Shown: positions 48,276 through 58,329 of the stretch, piece after piece | Position numbering within the stretch: position 1 is the first letter of the stretch | Layout of the letters: every line of letters starts with the position of its first letter | Source of the DNA: a virus | Reading direction: 5' to 3' (one strand) | Length of the DNA: 64,000 nucleotides | IMG/VR virus record: IMGVR_UViG_3300045988_134806 | Location: 535-64,534 of that record | Made by a program: the position numbers and the translations under genes | The notes under the pieces: generated by a model | Told to the model about the DNA's origin: nothing | Databases searched by the model: none | The model's input: only the letters and a program-made list of their open reading frames with translations

Positions 48276-50682
48276 AGCTATTAACTACACGCCGCCTAAC
48301 TCATTGGTGCCGTTTTTTACCAGCGAAAAATTTATTTCTTTGGTCTGTGGTCCGGTCGGATGTGTGTCCTGTGACACGGAGTTCCTTAGCCCGACAGGCT
48401 GGAAACGGATCGACCAGTACAGTGACGGAGGCTTGGTGGCTCAGTGGAACCCGGAAACGGAGCAGGCTGAGTTTGTGAAGCCCTCTGAGTACATTAAGTT
48501 GCCGTGTAAAGAGTTCTATCGTTTTTGGCATAGCCACGGCTTAGACATGGTTCTTAGCGCTGAGCACAGAGTTCTCTTAAAGAATCCCCGTGCAGTTGGT
48601 AAACGTTCCCCGAGCACAGTTGTGTTCACAGCAGCGGAAGTTGCTGAAAAGATCAAAAGCGGCTTTTCATTAGAGCGGAAGAATATTCCCGCCTCCTTCA
48701 AGGCACCGGTTTCTGAAGGAATGCCTTTTACTGATGATGAGATTCGTCTAGGCGTCGCTATTTGCGCTGATGGCTGGCTCCCAAAGAGACTCCCGGGAGT
48801 CAACATAGAAATTAAAAAGGAATATAAGAAGCGGCAGCTTCGCGAACTTTTAGATCGGATGGGCATTCATTATTCGGAGACAAAAACTTCTCAAGAGGGT
48901 TTCTTACGGTTTTATTTCCGCTCTCCGCTGCGAGATAAGGTCTTTGATGAAAAATGGTGGAAGGCCAGCCAGCATCAGTTGGAAGTTATCGCTGAAGAAC
49001 TGATTAAATGGGACGGTGGTAAGACCCACGCAGGCGGTAATATCTTCAGGACACGAGTGAAGGAGAATGCAGACTTTGCGCAGTACGCTTTTACTTGTGC
49101 CGGATATAAGACCTCGTTGAACTTTGAAAATGGGCTTACTTATCATGTCGTTACTCCGAAGGATAAAAAGCCGTTTACAAACCTTCCTTCTCACAGAGCG
49201 GTTTTGAGAGGCGAGGGTGTTGAGATTGTTCCTTCTGAGGATGGCTTCAAATACTGTTTCAGCGTCCCTACGTCGTATTTGATTCTGAGGCATAACAACT
49301 GTATTTTTGTCACCGGAAATTCTACGAAGACTTCAGCGTCCATTATGAAAATCGCCTACCATGCAAAGAAAATGGCCCCTTGTTACGACGGAATCAGGCG
49401 TTCTAGGTGTTGCTGGGTGAGAAATACTCGTCAACAGCTTGCTGATACGAGCATCAAGGACTTTATGAAATGGTTCCCGGACGGCATCGCAGGCACTTTT
49501 GAAAAGACGAACACTCAGTTCAAGCTCAAATTTGATGACGTTGAATGCGAGGTCTTGTTCCGTGGTCTTGATGACGCAAACGACGTTCGGCGCTTGTTGT
49601 CTTTGCAGTTGTCATTCGCTGTGTTTGATGAGTTTCGCGAGATCAATCGAGACATCTTTGAAACGATGCAAGGCCGCGTGGGCCGTTATCCCGACAAAAT
49701 GTTAGTCCCTCCGCGTCCTGAGTGGGGTGTGGATTCCCGCGGGAACCCGGTAGGTGGATGTGTAACAGACGAGGGTAAGAGTAATGCGCACGTTTGGGGT
49801 GCAAGTAACCCACCCGATCTTGAGAGCTATTGGGAAGAACTTCTTTCCGATCCGCCCGATAATGTACATGTGACCATTCAGCCCGGGGGCCTTTCCCCGG
49901 AAGCCGACTGGCTTGAATACCTCCCGGAAGACTACTATGAAAACCTTACGAAGGGTAAGAGCCAAGATTGGATTGATGTCTACGTAAATTCAAAGTTTGG
50001 AAAAACACTCGCAGGGTCTCCCGTTTTCAGAGCCTTTGCAAGAGACGTTCACGTGGCAAAAGAGCCGCTGAATTACATCCGATCGTCTTCGTTCCCGCTG
50101 ATCGTGGGGATGGACGTAGGGCTGCATCCGGCAGCCGTGATCGGCCAGATGACGCCGACCGGAAGATTGGTCGTGCTGCACTCGATGTCTGAGTCAGGCA
50201 TGGGAGCCTTACGTTTCGTTCGCGAGAGATTAAAACCCGTGTTGTCACAGAGGTTTCCGGGGCAGCCTGCGATTGTGATCCTTGACCCGGCAGCGAATAC
50301 CCGCTCGCAGACCGATGAGCGCACCGTGCTGGAGGTTTTGAAGGAAGAAGGGTTCCAAGTACGTACCGCAAAAACAAACGCGCTACAGCCCCGGATAAGC
50401 GCCGTAGACAGCTTTTTAACAAGGATGATCGACGGCAAGGGCGGCATTGTGTTCGATGAGGCTTACTGTCACGGGATCATCACGGCGTTGGCCGGTAAGT
50501 ACCGTTATCGCCTCAAAAAGAACGGGGATGCTGAAGATTCACCGGAAAAGAACCATCCGTGGTCCGATTTGGCGGACTCTTTGCAGTATTTATGCCTTCA
50601 TACCGACACTTCCGGGGTCTTCGGAGGCCATAAAAATACCAAATCTAGGCCCGTAAAACAGGTGAATTACCGCTATGTTTAG
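48268..50682 (+). CDS. terL: terminase large subunit, interrupted by an intein in the Walker A loop
   Basis: The exteins join as LVCGPVG|STKTSA (P-loop-like). Walker B LSFAVFDEF. The C-terminal nuclease-domain-like region begins IVGMDVGLHPAAV. A 320-aa insertion has intein termini. Confidence 0.9.
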   Translation: MAEAINYTPPNSLVPFFTSEKFISLVCGPVGCVSCDTEFLSPTGWKRIDQYSDGGLVAQWNPETEQAEFVKPSEYIKLPCKEFYRFWHSHGLDMVLSAEHRVLLKNPRAVGKRSPSTVVFTAAEVAEKIKSGFSLERKNIPASFKAPVSEGMPFTDDEIRLGVAICADGWLPKRLPGVNIEIKKEYKKRQLRELLDRMGIHYSETKTSQEGFLRFYFRSPLRDKVFDEKWWKASQHQLEVIAEELIKWDGGKTHAGGNIFRTRVKENADFAQYAFTCAGYKTSLNFENGLTYHVVTPKDKKPFTNLPSHRAVLRGEGVEIVPSEDGFKYCFSVPTSYLILRHNNCIFVTGNSTKTSASIMKIAYHAKKMAPCYDGIRRSRCCWVRNTRQQLADTSIKDFMKWFPDGIAGTFEKTNTQFKLKFDDVECEVLFRGLDDANDVRRLLSLQLSFAVFDEFREINRDIFETMQGRVGRYPDKMLVPPRPEWGVDSRGNPVGGCVTDEGKSNAHVWGASNPPDLESYWEELLSDPPDNVHVTIQPGGLSPEADWLEYLPEDYYENLTKGKSQDWIDVYVNSKFGKTLAGSPVFRAFARDVHVAKEPLNYIRSSSFPLIVGMDVGLHPAAVIGQMTPTGRLVVLHSMSESGMGALRFVRERLKPVLSQRFPGQPAIVILDPAANTRSQTDERTVLEVLKEEGFQVRTAKTNALQPRISAVDSFLTRMIDGKGGIVFDEAYCHGIITALAGKYRYRLKKNGDAEDSPEKNHPWSDLADSLQYLCLHTDTSGVFGGHKNTKSRPVKQVNYRYV
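48361..49320 (+). mobile_element. intein with LAGLIDADG-type endonuclease domain in terL (residues C32-N351)
   Basis: Starts CVSCDTEFLSPTGW. SAEHRVLL provides the block B His. LAGLIDADG-like LGVAICADGW and IAEELIKWDGG. Ends YCFSVPTSYLILRHNNCIFVTGN, followed by a +1 Ser. Confidence 0.85.
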
Positions 50683-50690
50683 GAGAAAAA

Positions 50691-52949
50691 ATGCCATTAA
50701 ATTCCGCAGAAGTCCCTGAAAACGGGGCTATAAATGTACAAAATTTGGGGGTGGGACCAAATGGTGGGGGAAATTCGCCAAACCCTGCGCCGGATATGGG
50801 TTTTGTACCCGGGACTAACTCACCTTTATTGCTGGGCCATGACGGCAGACCCGCAGGATCGGTCAGTATCGGCGGAATCGTCGAAATTAAGAGCGCAGCT
50901 CAGCTCATCGAAGAAGAAAGGGCCAAAGCTGACGAAGAAAACGCAGAACCGATGATTCAAGGCTTGGCGAGCCACATTCGTAAATGCTGGGAAGAAGCTA
51001 AATCTGCGAAAGAGACCACAGTCGAGCCACGAATGCTTAAGAGCCTGCGTCAGAGACGCGGTCAGTATGATCCTGACTTGGAAGCAATCCTTAAGTCTCA
51101 GGGTTCGACACTCGTCTACATGATGCTGACCTCAAATAAATGCCGGTCGGCTGCTGCGTGGCTCAGAGAAGCGATGGCCGATATGCCGTGGGAGTGCGAG
51201 CCCACACCGGTCGCAGACATCGACCCCAAGACGCAAAGCACGATTTTTAAAGAAGCCCAAAGCGCGGCGATGATGTCGGCTAAGATGGGCTACATCCCGT
51301 CGCCTTCCGAGATCATGGGCTACATGCTTGCCATGAAGAATATGGCGATGGTCAAGGTCCAAGAGATCGCCAAGCATAAAGCGGAGCTGATGACCCGCAA
51401 GATGAAGGACCAGATGACAGAAGGGGGCTTCCAGAAAGCCATCGAGGATTTCATTGATGACTTGGTGACGTTCCCGGCGGCATGCTTCAAAGGGCCCGTC
51501 GTGCGCTACAAGCCTGCGCTTAAATGGACGCCGGATGTCAACGGCGCCTACAAGGTCGAAGTTCAGAAAGAGTTCCTGCTTGAGTGGGAGAGAGTCGATC
51601 CGTTCAACCTTTATCCGGCCCCCGATGCTACGGGTGTGGACGACGGCTACCTCATTGAGCGTCATAAATTGTCGCGGGAAGACTTAGTCGCGTTAAAGGG
51701 TGTCGAAGGGTACTCGGAAGCGTCGATCAACGCGGTCTTGGCAGATTATTACCAGACCGGACTTGAGCGGCAAATTTCGATAGATTCTGAGCGTGATTCA
51801 GCCGAAGGAAGGGATGGAATGCCCGGTAATAACCCTTCGGGCCTCATCGAGGCTTTGCAGTTCTGGGGCAGTGTCAACGGTCAGCTCCTGCTTGACTGGG
51901 GCATGGATGAAAGCGAGATTGAAGATCCGCTGGGCGAATACCACATCGAGGCTTGGCTCATCGGGAACTATGTGATAAAGGCCACAATCAATCCCGATCC
52001 TCTGCATCGCAAACCCTACTACAAGACCTCTTGGGAAAACGTTCCCGGGTGCTTCTGGGGGAACTCTGTACCCGATCTTTGCCGTGACGCTCAGGGCGTC
52101 TGCAACGCAGCAGCCCGAGCTCTGGTAAACAACATGGGACTTTCGTCCGGCCCGCAGGTGATGATTAACTCGTCCCGCCTACCGGAAGGCGAAGAACTCA
52201 CAAACATGTACCCGTGGAAAATTTGGCAGTATTCGGATGACGGTTACGGCACAACAGCAGGGGCTTTGCAGCCGATTGCATTCTTCCAGCCGAACTCCAA
52301 CGCGCAGGAGCTCATGCAGATCTACCAGCAGTTTTCGCTTATGGCTGACGAGCACACAGGTATCCCGCGTTACATGACGGGTGACTCCGCCACGGGCGGC
52401 GCAGGCAGAACGGCCTCGGGCCTTTCCATGCTGATGAGCAATGCGGGCAAGACGATTAAAGGTGTGATCTCTTCGATTGACCGGATCTTGGAGCCTGCGA
52501 TTGAGCGCCTCTACGTTTACAACATGCAGTTCTTAGAAGACCCGGATCTCAAGGGCGACGTGAAGATCGTAGCCCGCGGTGCGATGGCGCTTGCGATGAA
52601 AGAGCAGCAGCAACAGCGAGTGAACGAAGTGTTCCAGATGTGCTTGCAGTCTCCGGTATTGCAGAACATCGTGGGGCCGACCGGTATCGCTTACTTGTTC
52701 CGAAACGTCATCGAGCGCTTGGACATCAACCCGGACGAGCTTGTTCCGTCCGTGGAAGTTTTGAAACAGCAGCAGGCTCAGCAGCAAGCCATGATGATGC
52801 AGGCTCAAGGTCAGATTGCCGCTCAACAGCAGCAAGCCGAAGGTCAGCCCGACGCAGGCGGGTCAGCCGCAAAACCGGAGAACAAGTCTCAGGGAAAACA
52901 GCTCATGGACGGCACGCCTCAGGCAGGGGCCAAAATGCAGGGAAGTTAG
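50691..52949 (+). CDS. portal protein
   Basis: 752-aa ORF directly after terL. Size and position are typical. Gln-rich C-terminus. No contradicting motif. Confidence 0.7.
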   Translation: MPLNSAEVPENGAINVQNLGVGPNGGGNSPNPAPDMGFVPGTNSPLLLGHDGRPAGSVSIGGIVEIKSAAQLIEEERAKADEENAEPMIQGLASHIRKCWEEAKSAKETTVEPRMLKSLRQRRGQYDPDLEAILKSQGSTLVYMMLTSNKCRSAAAWLREAMADMPWECEPTPVADIDPKTQSTIFKEAQSAAMMSAKMGYIPSPSEIMGYMLAMKNMAMVKVQEIAKHKAELMTRKMKDQMTEGGFQKAIEDFIDDLVTFPAACFKGPVVRYKPALKWTPDVNGAYKVEVQKEFLLEWERVDPFNLYPAPDATGVDDGYLIERHKLSREDLVALKGVEGYSEASINAVLADYYQTGLERQISIDSERDSAEGRDGMPGNNPSGLIEALQFWGSVNGQLLLDWGMDESEIEDPLGEYHIEAWLIGNYVIKATINPDPLHRKPYYKTSWENVPGCFWGNSVPDLCRDAQGVCNAAARALVNNMGLSSGPQVMINSSRLPEGEELTNMYPWKIWQYSDDGYGTTAGALQPIAFFQPNSNAQELMQIYQQFSLMADEHTGIPRYMTGDSATGGAGRTASGLSMLMSNAGKTIKGVISSIDRILEPAIERLYVYNMQFLEDPDLKGDVKIVARGAMALAMKEQQQQRVNEVFQMCLQSPVLQNIVGPTGIAYLFRNVIERLDINPDELVPSVEVLKQQQAQQQAMMMQAQGQIAAQQQQAEGQPDAGGSAAKPENKSQGKQLMDGTPQAGAKMQGS

Positions 52950-53031
52950 GGAAATCGATACCTGAAAATAAATGATTTCACGTATGCACATTATCAATTA
53001 AATGCAACATTGCTTATAGGAGCTGTGTAAA

Positions 53032-53241
53032 ATGAAAGCCAATAACCAGCAGTTGGAGAGTTTTTTCAAGCAAATGAAGGGACCGCAAGGGGAGATCTTC
53101 AGAGAATACTTGAGAAAAACAAAGACTGACCGGCTCGATGATCTTGCCAAAGCCTCGGACTCGGTATCCATATATCGACTTCAGGGGGAGGTAAGAGTCA
53201 TCGACATGCTTCTCGGCTTAGTCACCGAGAAGCGTGGCTAA
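53032..53241 (+). CDS. hypothetical protein
   Basis: 69-aa ORF with an AGGAG RBS, between portal and scaffold. Confidence 0.5.
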   Translation: MKANNQQLESFFKQMKGPQGEIFREYLRKTKTDRLDDLAKASDSVSIYRLQGEVRVIDMLLGLVTEKRG

Positions 53242-53313
53242 AAGACAGCTCAAAGCACTTTTAACCATTAAGCACACCGACAAAACGTCGGAGCTATACA
53301 GACGGAGAAAACA

Positions 53314-54231
53314 ATGGCATTACCTAGTTCAGTTCAAAGACAGGTCGAAGAAGTCGAACAGATCGAAAAGCATCTTAACGGAGAGCAGAAGGCACCGGAA
53401 GAGCAGGAAAGTGGAGCGACAGCACCCGCAGAACCGAAACCGCAGGAACCCGTTGAAAGTAACAGGGAAGAGGAATTTAGAAAGCTTGAGGCTCGATATA
53501 AGACACTTCAAGGCATGCACCAAGCAGAGAACGCCCGCTGGAAGGCCCTCCGTGAAGAGGACGAAAAACAGCGCCGCGAGCTGATGGAAGAGATCCAAAA
53601 GCTGAAATCTCAGGTGAAAGAAAAATCCGCTCCCTTGGTAAGCGAACAGGATAAAGAGACATTTGGCGAAGAAATGTACGATTTCGTCAACCGCGTTGCG
53701 GAGCAGGCCTCCAGAAAGGTTCAGCCTCAGAGCGACGACATGGTTAAGGCTGAAATCGAACAGATGAAACGCGAGATGCAGGCTCAGCGTGAGGCCCGTG
53801 CGGCCGCCGAAGAGCAGCGATTCTTGAACTCTATGGACGAGATGCTGCCCGATTGGCGCGACCAAAACGTGGACAAAGACTTCTTGGCGTGGCTTGCGGA
53901 AGCAGATACGACATACGGTTTCCAAAGACAAGAGATGTTAAGCAGAGCTGTAGCAGCGCGTGACGCAGCCAGCGCGGTATCTATTTTCAAGCTCTACCGC
54001 GACAGCAAAAATTCTCCGACTCCCAATCCGCTTGCTCGGCAAATAGCACCGGCGCACAACCGAAACACACCGGTCCAGACCACCGAGCCTCAGAAGAAGA
54101 TTTACACCCAGTGGGACGTGAAGGCTTTCTACGAGGATCTCAGACGCGGAAGGATCTCAGGCGAAGAGGCAGAGCGCATGGAAAAAGAAATTGACCGAGC
54201 TGTCGCAGAAGGCCGTGTGAAACTCAAGTAA
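53314..54231 (+). CDS. scaffolding protein
   Basis: 305 aa, highly charged E/K/Q/R coiled coil, immediately upstream of the capsid gene. Confidence 0.65.
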   Translation: MALPSSVQRQVEEVEQIEKHLNGEQKAPEEQESGATAPAEPKPQEPVESNREEEFRKLEARYKTLQGMHQAENARWKALREEDEKQRRELMEEIQKLKSQVKEKSAPLVSEQDKETFGEEMYDFVNRVAEQASRKVQPQSDDMVKAEIEQMKREMQAQREARAAAEEQRFLNSMDEMLPDWRDQNVDKDFLAWLAEADTTYGFQRQEMLSRAVAARDAASAVSIFKLYRDSKNSPTPNPLARQIAPAHNRNTPVQTTEPQKKIYTQWDVKAFYEDLRRGRISGEEAERMEKEIDRAVAEGRVKLK

Positions 54232-54284
54232 ACGCTTAATGGTACGTCTGTGGCGGCTCTTAAGAATCATCAGGAGAGCAATAA

Positions 54285-55379
54285 ATGGCTACAGTAACAC
54301 CGGGCGTAGTATTTCCTCAAGGTACTACGTTCAACTATCCGGGCGGCAGTGCAGCCGCCCCGACAACTCCGTACTCCGGTACCTTTATCCCGACCCTCTG
54401 GTCCGGTAAGTTAACCGCGAAGTTCTACAAGACCACGATTTTCGGTGAAATTTCCAACACTGACTATCAGGGTGAGATTTCCGGTATGGGCGACCGTGTC
54501 ATCATTAACACGATCCCTGACCTGACAATCAAGGACTACAAACTCGGCGGCAACCTCGAATATGAAATGCCGCAGGGTGAAACCATCGACCTCGTTATTG
54601 ACCGTGGTAAGTATTTTGCTTTCCAAGTCAATGACCTGCTCGAACTCCAGTCCAAGCCCAATCTTATGAGCATGTTCACGGACGATGCCACAGAGCGTAT
54701 GAAGATCGCGATTGACTCCGACCTTCTATACCGCACTTTCTTCAATCCTGATGGCTCTTGGAACTCTTATAGCCCGACACGTGATAACGCTTATGGCGCT
54801 ATCGACGAACGCAACATGGGTGCTTCTGCCGGCCGTGAATCCGGCGAGTACAACATGGGTACTGATGATGCACCGGTTGCTCTGACAGGCGCCAACATCA
54901 TCGAAAAGATCACTGCAATGTCCACAATTCTGGATGAAGCAAACGTTCCGCAGGAAGGCCGCTTCTTGGTGATCTCTCCGCGCGAACGTCACATCCTGAT
55001 GCAGTCTAACCTTGCTCAGGCTCAGTTCATGGGCGACCAGAAGTCCATCATCCGCAACGGTAAGATTGGTATGATTGACCGCTTTACGATCTATGTGTCT
55101 AACCAGCTTCCGAAGGCTGCTGCCGGTAAGACTTGGGACAACACTACGGTTTGGAAAGAGCCGGGTCTCGGTGAAGGCCAGACCTCTACCAAGGCCGCGC
55201 TTAAGCGCCATCTGATCTTCGCAGGCCACAAGTCTGCTATCACGTTCGCTTCTCAGTTTACTAAGACTGAGCATCTGCGTAACCCGCAGGATTTCGGCGA
55301 TCTTGTTCGCGGATTGAACGTTTACGGCTCTAAGGTTATTAAGGGCGACGCTCTGGTACCGATGGTCGTATCTGGCTAA
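54285..55379 (+). CDS. major capsid protein
   Basis: 364 aa. FIPTLWSGKLTAKFYKTTIFGEISNTDYQGEISGMGDRVII resembles the N-terminal signature (IPExWS...dY.GeI..G..V.I) of N4-gp56-type HK97-fold capsid proteins. Strong AGGAGA RBS. Confidence 0.8.
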   Translation: MATVTPGVVFPQGTTFNYPGGSAAAPTTPYSGTFIPTLWSGKLTAKFYKTTIFGEISNTDYQGEISGMGDRVIINTIPDLTIKDYKLGGNLEYEMPQGETIDLVIDRGKYFAFQVNDLLELQSKPNLMSMFTDDATERMKIAIDSDLLYRTFFNPDGSWNSYSPTRDNAYGAIDERNMGASAGRESGEYNMGTDDAPVALTGANIIEKITAMSTILDEANVPQEGRFLVISPRERHILMQSNLAQAQFMGDQKSIIRNGKIGMIDRFTIYVSNQLPKAAAGKTWDNTTVWKEPGLGEGQTSTKAALKRHLIFAGHKSAITFASQFTKTEHLRNPQDFGDLVRGLNVYGSKVIKGDALVPMVVSG

Positions 55380-55388
55380 CCAAGACTT

Positions 55389-55429
55389 GAGGGGGTTTAA
55401 GGGGTTGCAGCTGTGCGGCCGGCCCCCTC
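55389..55429 (+). terminator. GC-rich hairpin after the capsid gene (possible leaky terminator)
   Basis: GAGGGGG...CCCCCTC, a 7-bp stem enclosing a 27-nt loop with an internal GGCCGGCC palindrome. No T tract. Confidence 0.3.
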
Positions 55430-55446
55430 GATTCGCCGGAGGTTTT

Positions 55447-56124
55447 ATGGGAGTTCTTACTGCTAAAGACATTATCAATCGGGCCTCTTTCATTTTGAAA
55501 GATCCCGAGAATGTTCGTTGGCTCAGAGATGTCATGTTGGACTACGTCAACGAGGCCCAAGCGGCTGTTGTGCGATTCCAGCCGTCGGCCAACAAGGTTA
55601 GAACTACCATAAAACTTCAGGAAGGGACTTCTCAGGAGCTCCCGGAAGACGCCCTTTGCCTGCTTACTGTCACACGCAACATGCTGGACGGAGAGCCGGG
55701 ACCTGCCATTCGCTTGGCAACACGCAGCATTTATGACGCGATGTTCTACGACTGGCACGAACAGTGGCCCGAGTCTTACGTTATCAACTACATCTACGAC
55801 GACAGAGAAGGCAGAGAATTTGAGGTTTACCCGCCTAACGACGGGTCAGGAGAAATTGAGGTCGTTTATTCGGCCCTTCCGCCGGTCATCAAAGAAGACG
55901 ATGAGCTTACGCTCGGAGACGAGTTCGGGACCATTATTACGAACTACGTGCTCTATAAATGTGCTCTTCTGGATAGTGACTTCAACGGCACGCAAAGCCT
56001 CGCTCAGTTCTACTACCAGCTCTATCTCTCTGAGCTTAACGGACAGAGCCAAGCCCAAAGCAAGGAAGGCCCGAACCCGTCGCATTCGACAGGGCCCATC
56101 GCCGCAAACGGAGGCACTGAATGA
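55447..56124 (+). CDS. putative head-tail adaptor / head completion protein
   Basis: 225 aa from the ATG at 55447 (MGVLTAKDIINRASF). Position after the capsid gene. Similar overall layout to the next ORF. Confidence 0.5.
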   Translation: MGVLTAKDIINRASFILKDPENVRWLRDVMLDYVNEAQAAVVRFQPSANKVRTTIKLQEGTSQELPEDALCLLTVTRNMLDGEPGPAIRLATRSIYDAMFYDWHEQWPESYVINYIYDDREGREFEVYPPNDGSGEIEVVYSALPPVIKEDDELTLGDEFGTIITNYVLYKCALLDSDFNGTQSLAQFYYQLYLSELNGQSQAQSKEGPNPSHSTGPIAANGGTE

Positions 56125-56750
56125 CACCTGTGGATAAGTTTTTACCCTTTGTTCTGCCCTATGCCGACAGTGTTCCGCTGCCTGTGGCAAAAGTGGCGAT
56201 TGCAAAGGCTGCCAGTCAGTTTTGTACTCAGTCTCTGCTTTGGCAGGAAGAATACCCGGAGGTGAAAGTCCACCCCGGAAAGTTCGTTGAAATTCCTGTT
56301 CCTAAATCAGCTATGGTGGTGAAGGTGATGTCTGTGGCCTACAACGGATATCGGCTCACCTCAACCTCTCGGGATGAGCTTAATTCTACAAACGTGATCG
56401 ACTATCGCCTCTTTGACGGGCCTCCGAAGTTCTTCTTTCAAGCGGATTTAAACGTTTTAAGACTCGTTCCCGAACCGGTTAAACACGGTGTTTTATCCAT
56501 CGTGGTAGCTCTGGCTCCGACGCCTGAGTCAACCGAGGTGCCAAGCAGCCTCTATACGCGCTTCTGGGAAGCGATTGCAAACGGGGCCTTAGCGGATATC
56601 AAGCAGATTCAAGGACAGTCCTACAGCGATCCTAATGCGGCTCTGGCCTATAAGACGCTCTTTCAGCAGGGTGTTAGAGAAGCGAAAAATGAAGCGGTAA
56701 GGAGTTTGGGAAGAACGGTCGGAAGAGTTGCATATCAGAGGGTTGTATGA
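56121..56750 (+). CDS. putative virion (neck/adaptor) protein
   Basis: 209-aa ORF with ATGA coupling on both sides. No motif recognised. Confidence 0.5.
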   Translation: MTPVDKFLPFVLPYADSVPLPVAKVAIAKAASQFCTQSLLWQEEYPEVKVHPGKFVEIPVPKSAMVVKVMSVAYNGYRLTSTSRDELNSTNVIDYRLFDGPPKFFFQADLNVLRLVPEPVKHGVLSIVVALAPTPESTEVPSSLYTRFWEAIANGALADIKQIQGQSYSDPNAALAYKTLFQQGVREAKNEAVRSLGRTVGRVAYQRVV

Positions 56751-58027
56751 CAGTAAAAATTACAAACAATGCGTGGGGAACACTCGCCGTCGGTGTAAAC
56801 GACTCCGACACAACGCTGCTCCTTGGTACAGCCCAAGGGGATCGTTTCCCGACATTACCGGCGAATAATGCTTTGAAGCCGGTTGACTGCTTCTACGTCA
56901 CGTTAATCGATGAGTCTACGAATGAAGTTGAAATCGTTCGTGTGATTGAGAGAAACGTTGATGTTCTATCAGTGGTTCGTTCTCAGGACGGGTCGCGTAG
57001 AAAGCAGTTCCTAGCGGGCTCTCGTGTAGAGCTTAGACCGGTTGCTGCTCTTTTTAATTCAAAGAAAGACGCAGTCGAGGCCGCTGAGGATAAACAGGAA
57101 ATTCTTGACAAAATTGGCTTATTAGAACGAGAAGCTAAAGAAGGGATTGAGAATGCAGTTCAGAAAGGTGAGCAGAATTTAACCGACGGGGAACAGGCGC
57201 AAGCCCGCGAAAACATCGGTGCGATGTCTTTAGATACAGACGAAGAAGCCAACGGGTCTAAAACTTGGTTAAAACCGCAGTTTCACAAGAACAATGTTGT
57301 TTTGTTGCAGCGAAGCGAAGATAAAAACAGCTTCGCACTCATCGGCCGCATGGCAGAAAACGACGCTTGGATTATTCGCGGCATTGCAGAAAACATTCAG
57401 AACGGCGCTAATAATACTTGGACGACTACTGACAACGGAGCCTTGGAGTTGGCGACCGCAGACAACGGCACAGAGCCTATCTACGTTACGCAGTATTCCG
57501 GCGGAAAAATTCCGGATTTAGATCAGGTAAGTATCGAAGGCTGGGATGGTTGTTTTGGAGAAGTCTTACATAGGGCTGTGATTTTGGACCGTTCCGGCAA
57601 CACTTTTTTTCCAGGAGTTGTTTATGGTTCTAGCTTTCAAGCTACGTCCGACAGAAGACTTAAGTTCGGTTTTGAAGAGGTTGCTAAAGAGTCTGTGCTG
57701 GACGCAATAACACCATACCGTTATGGCCGCTTGGATAAGCATCCTAAAGAACGTTTTATCGGGGTTATTGCTCAAGACGTACAAGAGGTTATCCCAGAAG
57801 CTGTGAGAGAAGACGGTAATGGGTATTTGAGCGTTGACTATGCCGCGCTTACAGCTGTGCTGTGGGGCGAAGTCAAACGATTGAAAAACGAAATTAAGGA
57901 GATCAAAGATGGCATGCGGAAAGAAACCTTGCAAACCGAGCAAAAAGACGCCCTCCAAGAAGCCGTGCAAGAAGTGCTAGTTAAACCTGCTAAGCAGGTT
58001 TGTTCAGGACGACAAACTAAGAGGTAG
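56747..58027 (+). CDS. tail fibre/spike with C-terminal S74 intramolecular chaperone domain
   Basis: LTDGEQAQARENIGA fibre motif. C-terminus SSFQATSDRRLKFGFEEV...IGVIAQDVQEVIPEAV...YLSVDYAALTAVLWGEVKRLKNEIKEIK is the endosialidase-type auto-cleaving chaperone (Ser at 57647-57649). Confidence 0.85.
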   Translation: MTVKITNNAWGTLAVGVNDSDTTLLLGTAQGDRFPTLPANNALKPVDCFYVTLIDESTNEVEIVRVIERNVDVLSVVRSQDGSRRKQFLAGSRVELRPVAALFNSKKDAVEAAEDKQEILDKIGLLEREAKEGIENAVQKGEQNLTDGEQAQARENIGAMSLDTDEEANGSKTWLKPQFHKNNVVLLQRSEDKNSFALIGRMAENDAWIIRGIAENIQNGANNTWTTTDNGALELATADNGTEPIYVTQYSGGKIPDLDQVSIEGWDGCFGEVLHRAVILDRSGNTFFPGVVYGSSFQATSDRRLKFGFEEVAKESVLDAITPYRYGRLDKHPKERFIGVIAQDVQEVIPEAVREDGNGYLSVDYAALTAVLWGEVKRLKNEIKEIKDGMRKETLQTEQKDALQEAVQEVLVKPAKQVCSGRQTKR

Positions 58028-58029
58028 AG

Positions 58030-58311
58030 ATGGCATATAGCAAAACGGACTACCGGCTTTCCGACGGTACAGATTTGATCGAGCTTTTTAAAAACCCGAA
58101 TTTAAGCGGCTTAACTCAGTCGATTCAGAACGTTATGAGAGTTGGTGCTCAAACGTTCTCTGTCACGAAAGACCGTTTAACAGTCTCGGCAAGCAGAGAT
58201 GATTTTGGCAGGCTTATCGGAGTGAATCTTGATTACAAGTGTCCTGATTGTGCGGATTATCCGTGCAGCGACTCAGGGGATAGTTGCTGTAACGAATGCG
58301 ATGCGGGCTAG
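58030..58311 (+). CDS. 93-aa protein with Cys/Asp-rich C-terminal core (candidate radical-SAM substrate)
   Basis: AAGAGG RBS. All six Cys lie in the last 23 residues, KCPDCADYPCSDSGDSCCNECDAG (58240-58308). Directly upstream of the rSAM/SPASM gene. Confidence 0.6.
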   Translation: MAYSKTDYRLSDGTDLIELFKNPNLSGLTQSIQNVMRVGAQTFSVTKDRLTVSASRDDFGRLIGVNLDYKCPDCADYPCSDSGDSCCNECDAG

Positions 58312-58329
58312 GAACAACGGAGATTTTTA

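Noticed and set aside
54726-55535. 269-aa minus-strand ORF opposite the major capsid gene, and 53329-53931 opposite the scaffold gene
   Set aside because: They are antisense to strongly supported late genes, with no RBS and composition typical of shadow ORFs.
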